From Macrostomum lignano (lineage: Eukaryota), in assembly GCA_002269645.1 (NCBI GenBank), contig NIVC01000869.1, forward strand, positions 124,001 through 188,000: a DNA stretch of 64,000 bases, written 5' to 3'. The translations under genes were made by a program, and so were the position numbers. Under the pieces are notes generated by a model, which searched no databases, was not told the origin of the DNA, and saw only the letters and a program-made list of their open reading frames with translations. This document shows positions 59,776 to 64,000 of this stretch, piece by piece; positions within the stretch are counted from its first letter, which is position 1, and each line of letters opens with the position of its first letter.

Positions 59776-62418
59776 CTACTTGTCTAGGATCTCAAAGAAG
59801 TACTGCACCTCGAGCTGCGTGTCCTCGGGCAGGTCAGTGCAGTGCACGGCGTTCTGCACCTTGTCCTTGCCGAACCGGGCCCGCAGGGTGCGCGGCCGCA
59901 GGTGGCGGCCGATCTCCTGTCAATTTTGAGGGGTATTCGGGTGGCTAGTGTCCTGGGACCGGCAGTCACATTCGGGTGGCTAGTGTCCTGGGACCGGCAG
60001 TCACATTCGGGTGGCTAGTGTCCTGGGACCGGCAGGGGCATTCGGGTGGCTAGTGTCCTGGGACCGGCAGGGGCATTCGGGTGGCTAGTGTCCTGACACC
60101 GGCAGGGACATTCGGGTGGCTAGTGTCCTGACACCGGCAGGGACATTCGGGTGGCTAGTGTCCTGACACCGGCAGGGGCATTCGGGTGGCTAGTGTCCTG
60201 GGACCGGCAGGGACATTCGGGTGGCTAGTGTCCTGGGACCGGCGCAGTCACATTCGGGTGGCTAATGCCTGGGACCGGCGCAGTCACATTCGGGTGGCTA
60301 ATGCCTGGGACCGGCTTGTTTGGCCAGGGACATGGGTTCGCCTACTGCCTGCCTCGTCCTAAGAACCGCATCAGAATTAGCAGAAACTTGGTCGCCCACA
60401 AACCACACTAGGATTCGCCCATAAAACACACTGGGATTCGCCCATAAAACACACTGGGATTCGCCCATAAAACAGACTGGGATTCGCCCATAAAACACAC
60501 TGGGATTCGCCCATAAAACACACTAGGATTCGCCCATAAAACACACTGGGATTCGCTCATAAAACACACTGGGATTCGCTCATAAAACACACTGGGATTC
60601 GCCCATAAAACACACTGGGATTCGCCCATAAAACACACTAGGATTCGCCCATAAAACACACTGGGATTCGCCCATAAAACACACTGGGATTCGCCCATAA
60701 AACACACTAGGATTCGCCCATAAAACACACTGGGATTCGCTCATAAAACACACTGGGATTTGCCCTAAGCCAAAGCGAGTCTGTAGAGAAGCCCCAGTGC
60801 CGCCGGTGCTCACCGGGTCGGCGGGGCCGCAGAACTCGCGGAACTCCTTGTACACGTCGCCAGGTCCACCGATCTCCAAGACGACGCAGGGGCCGGAGGT
60901 GAGCTCGGCCACCATGGAGCTGTATTCGGCCACCACGCCTTTGTAGACCTCCAGGAACTCCTCAGCGTTCGCCTTGTCCAGGCGGAACATCGCCATGGCG
61001 TTGATGGAGAAGCCAGCCTCCGCGATGGCGGACAGGATCTGGCCGAGGCACCCGGAGGCCACGGCGTGCGGCTTCACCAGGCCGCAGGTGCAGCCTTCGC
61101 CGCCGCCGGAGGTGTTGGCGACTCGGGCGGGCCCGCTGGCTGGGAAGAAGAAGCCGAGCTCGCGGGCGGCGCTCGCCTCGCTGTCGGAGCCGTGGACGGC
61201 GTTGTTGGTGGCGTCCTGGCCGAAGCGGGCCCTCAGGCTGGTCGGCGCCTCCTGTCGGGCTCTGGCCGGGTCGGTCGGCCCGATGAGACTCCGCCAGGCC
61301 TGCGGCAAAGATGGCGGATTGAAATTTGCCATTGGAATCTGAGTGGGATTCTCCATTGGAATCTAAATGGGATTCTCCATTGGAATCTGAGTGGGATTCT
61401 CTATTGGAATCTGAGTGGGATTCTCCATTGGAATCTGAGTGGGATTCTCCATTGGAATCTAAATGGGATTCTCCATTGGAATCTAAATGGGATTCTCCAT
61501 TGGAATCTGAATGGGATTCTCCATTGGAATCTAAATGGGATTCTCCATTGGAATCTAAATGGGATTCTCCATTGGAATCTAAATGGGATTCTCCATTGGA
61601 ATCTGAATGGGATTCTCCATTGGAATCTAAATGGGATTCTCCATTGGAATCTAAATGGGATTCTCCATTGGAATCTGAATGGGATTCTCCATTGGAATCT
61701 AAATGGGATTCTCCATTGGAATCTGAGTGGGATTCTCCATTGGAATCTGAGTGGGAATTTCCATTGGAATCTAAATGGGATTCTCCATTGACGTCAAAGC
61801 GAATCTTCAGAATTCACCTGTACAGCGTCAGGACCCATTAGCTCGATGGCCAGGATGGGGCCGGATGTGATGGAGCCGAGCAGCTGGGGCAGGAAGGATT
61901 TGCCCTCATGCTCGCGGTAAAACTCCAAAGCTTCCGACCTGCGAAGGGGATTGGAAAGGTTTGCTAATAAATCATTACTTCAAAGTGGATCGAGGGCATC
62001 GAGTGATGAAGGCGGGCCGCTGCACCACCACCCACCTGTCCAAACGGCCCATGCGCAGGTTGGCCACGGAGAGGCCGGCGGCCTGCGCGGCTTCCAAGAT
62101 GGCACCGGCCTTGGCGAAGGCGGCCGGCTTCACCAGCGCGCAGGTCCGCTCGGTGCGCTGGCCGAGGCGCCGCTTCGTGAAGTCGTCGCCGTAGTCAATG
62201 AAGGTGAGCTGGCGGGACAGCACGTTGACGGTGTTGCCGATGAACAGGTCGGCGAGCTTCAGGTTGTCCACGGTGGTCCGGCGAAGGAAGGAGCGCCGGT
62301 TTTTGAGGTCGAACATCTCGACAGTGTTGTCGGCGGTATGGTAAAGCAGCTGGTAGCGGCGCACGATGGCGGCCTGTGGATCGAACCACTCGGCGATGAG
62401 GGCGAACCGTTCGTCAGC
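59776..62418 (-). CDS. NME7: Nucleoside diphosphate kinase 7 (DM10 plus two NDPK domains), about 377 aa
   Basis: Exons 62418-62036 ([46 protein letters not shown]), 61938-61818, 61299-60814 ([42 protein letters not shown]), 59916-59776 ([26 protein letters not shown]). Start Met must come from an upstream micro-exon (not fixed). Confidence 0.96.
59935..60315. repeat. 35-bp minisatellite, about 11 copies (NME7 last intron)
   Basis: Unit GTGGCTAGTGTCCTGGGACCGGCAGTCACATTCGG. Confidence 0.95.
60393..60763. repeat. 23-bp minisatellite, about 16 copies (NME7 last intron)
   Basis: Unit ATAAAACACACTGGGATTCGCCC. Confidence 0.96.
61329..61789. repeat. 24-bp minisatellite, about 19 copies (NME7 intron)
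   Basis: Unit GGAATCTAAATGGGATTCTCCATT. Confidence 0.97.
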
Positions 62419-64000
62419 CTGAAAGTGGGGCAGTAGCAAGCGCTTGCTATTGGAGCTTCCATTTCAGAGAAGAAAATATAACAAAATAAATTAATATATT
62501 GTTAATGGCAGAAGTAAAACTGAATTACCAAGGAAAAACAAGCTGTAAAATTATAAGTCAAGGTTCAAAAAAAATTCATAAACTTTTAAAAAATTTATAA
62601 TATCAAGATATTAAATAAAGAGCATCTGTGAATATAGAATTCTATATAGCCTCCAATTGCCAGACATAATGAACTAAATACCAATACCATAGGGCCAAGA
62701 GTTGCCAGTTTGGCAATAGCAAAATAGAAAATGAAAACATCTATTTGAATTGATGATAACCCAATCTAGAGGCTTCAAATAACTGAGATATTATTCTTCA
62801 ATCAAATGCCTATTTAGCAATTCTAATAAAATTTTATATAAAAAACTTGTATGAAACTTAATTCAACTTAAATACTACTACTTAAACAATATTATCTATA
62901 ATTTTCAATAAACTCTGCAGAATTATTATGTTTTTTGAATTTAGGTTCATTTTATTAAAAGTCTTGTAAAAGTTAGTAGATAAAGAGCCTAGAGGCAATT
63001 AATTCCCTTAGTTACTTTAAACTATGTATGGCTAGTGAAATACAACAATTCATTGTCAAATGCTAACTTATGTTGGGACATAAAAATCGATTGAATATTT
63101 ATCAGATTTAAATTGTTTCTTAAGTTGTCCGTCAACAGCTTTTTTATACGTTGTTGACCGATGGACGGCTAAAATCAAATAGAAAATTTGAAAAGGAATT
63201 GAACGCAAGCTTTGACGCGGACTATACGATGTAAAGTAAGCCGATTAAACGATTGATAATTTTGTCTCTCTTTGGTTAACGCTAGCACCTCTGGCTCTGA
63301 GAGACTTGAAAAAACAAAAAAATTAATAGTACAAGACTTCGAAGTACAAAATATGCTATAGTTAATAACAACTTGGCTTTGAATTGAAGTAGCGAAATTG
63401 TATTTTTCGAGGTCGAATGCCTGACGCTTAAAATACCATCGATACGAAAATATTCCTCTATATACATCAAAAAAGTAAAATAAGAAATAAACTAAAAAAA
63501 TATTATTCCTGCATCAAACATTTTACGCTTTTTAACAAGAGAAAAATATTTATGTTTACTTTTTGTTATACACGTTAATCGTTTTATTATTTCAACTTCA
63601 TTGTCAGGAACGATTTGTACCGATTAAAAAAATGGGTCCCAATAATTTGAAATCGTCATTTATTCAAATAATCCACCTGTATTTTGAAAATCTTTGGGAC
63701 TTTATTGCATTGTTTCGGTTCTGTCGGATTTACTCGTCTAGAATTGTATAACGCTCATATATCGATCGTTTTTTCAACGGGAACAAGTTTTATATTTACC
63801 TTTTAAGTCAGATGTGATCGGGGATTTGTAGGGGAAATGTCCATTGTACCGTTCCCAGCTTTGCTCAAAACCGAGGGATCCATTCAAAAGTTCTTATGGT
63901 GGAAGCCTGTTGCAACTTACATGTACCTACCTGCTGGCCACTCCGATAAGCTGCTGTATCAACAGAGAGCTGTTCTGTCCCATTGGCGTGTTTCTCTTCA

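Noticed and set aside
60765-60800. Intron read-through ASLQTRFG resembling the TLRARFG motif, and a similar TCGCTTTG motif near another NME7 donor (about 61795)
   Set aside because: The real TLRARFG exon is at 59916-59776 with correct phase; the similarity is short and probably coincidental.
8824-61789. CRISPR-like appearance of regularly spaced 21-50-bp repeats
   Set aside because: Pure tandem units with no unique spacers, no cas genes, eukaryotic context.

Overview
Eukaryotic (metazoan) genomic DNA, not prokaryotic: GC-rich spliced exons sit in AT-rich intergenic DNA, and most long introns are filled by a private minisatellite. The style resembles a free-living flatworm such as Macrostomum (inference from style only). 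Five recognisable spliced genes were reconstructed by hand with consistent GT-AG phases: a GKAP/DLGAP-family gene (minus, about 13.3-28.8 kb, including a 10.1 kb intron holding a 9.4 kb TTAGGG/TCAGGG-containing satellite), AP-3 mu (AP3M1/2, plus), a LIN-29/Rotund-type C2H2 zinc finger (plus), glycine-cleavage T protein AMT (plus) and NME7 (minus). There is also a signal-peptide LRR gene and a weak, frame-disrupted plus-strand gene candidate at 8.3-12.4 kb. Mobile DNA: an RNase H LINE fragment, a small MITE, two solo LTRs of one family with 4-bp TSDs, a Helitron-like cluster and tRNA-derived SINEs. The most striking pattern is that several arrays are amplified splice junctions. Ten identical in-frame 5' splice sites lie in the middle of the GKAP domain, each adding GESLGLSEE, followed by about 14 out-of-frame donors. 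There is also an acceptor ladder in the same gene and a 50-bp exon-end/donor array. Nearly all long ORFs in the supplied track over repeats are artefacts. Homopolymer indels suggest long-read errors, so frameshift calls are tentative. All coordinates were counted by hand.
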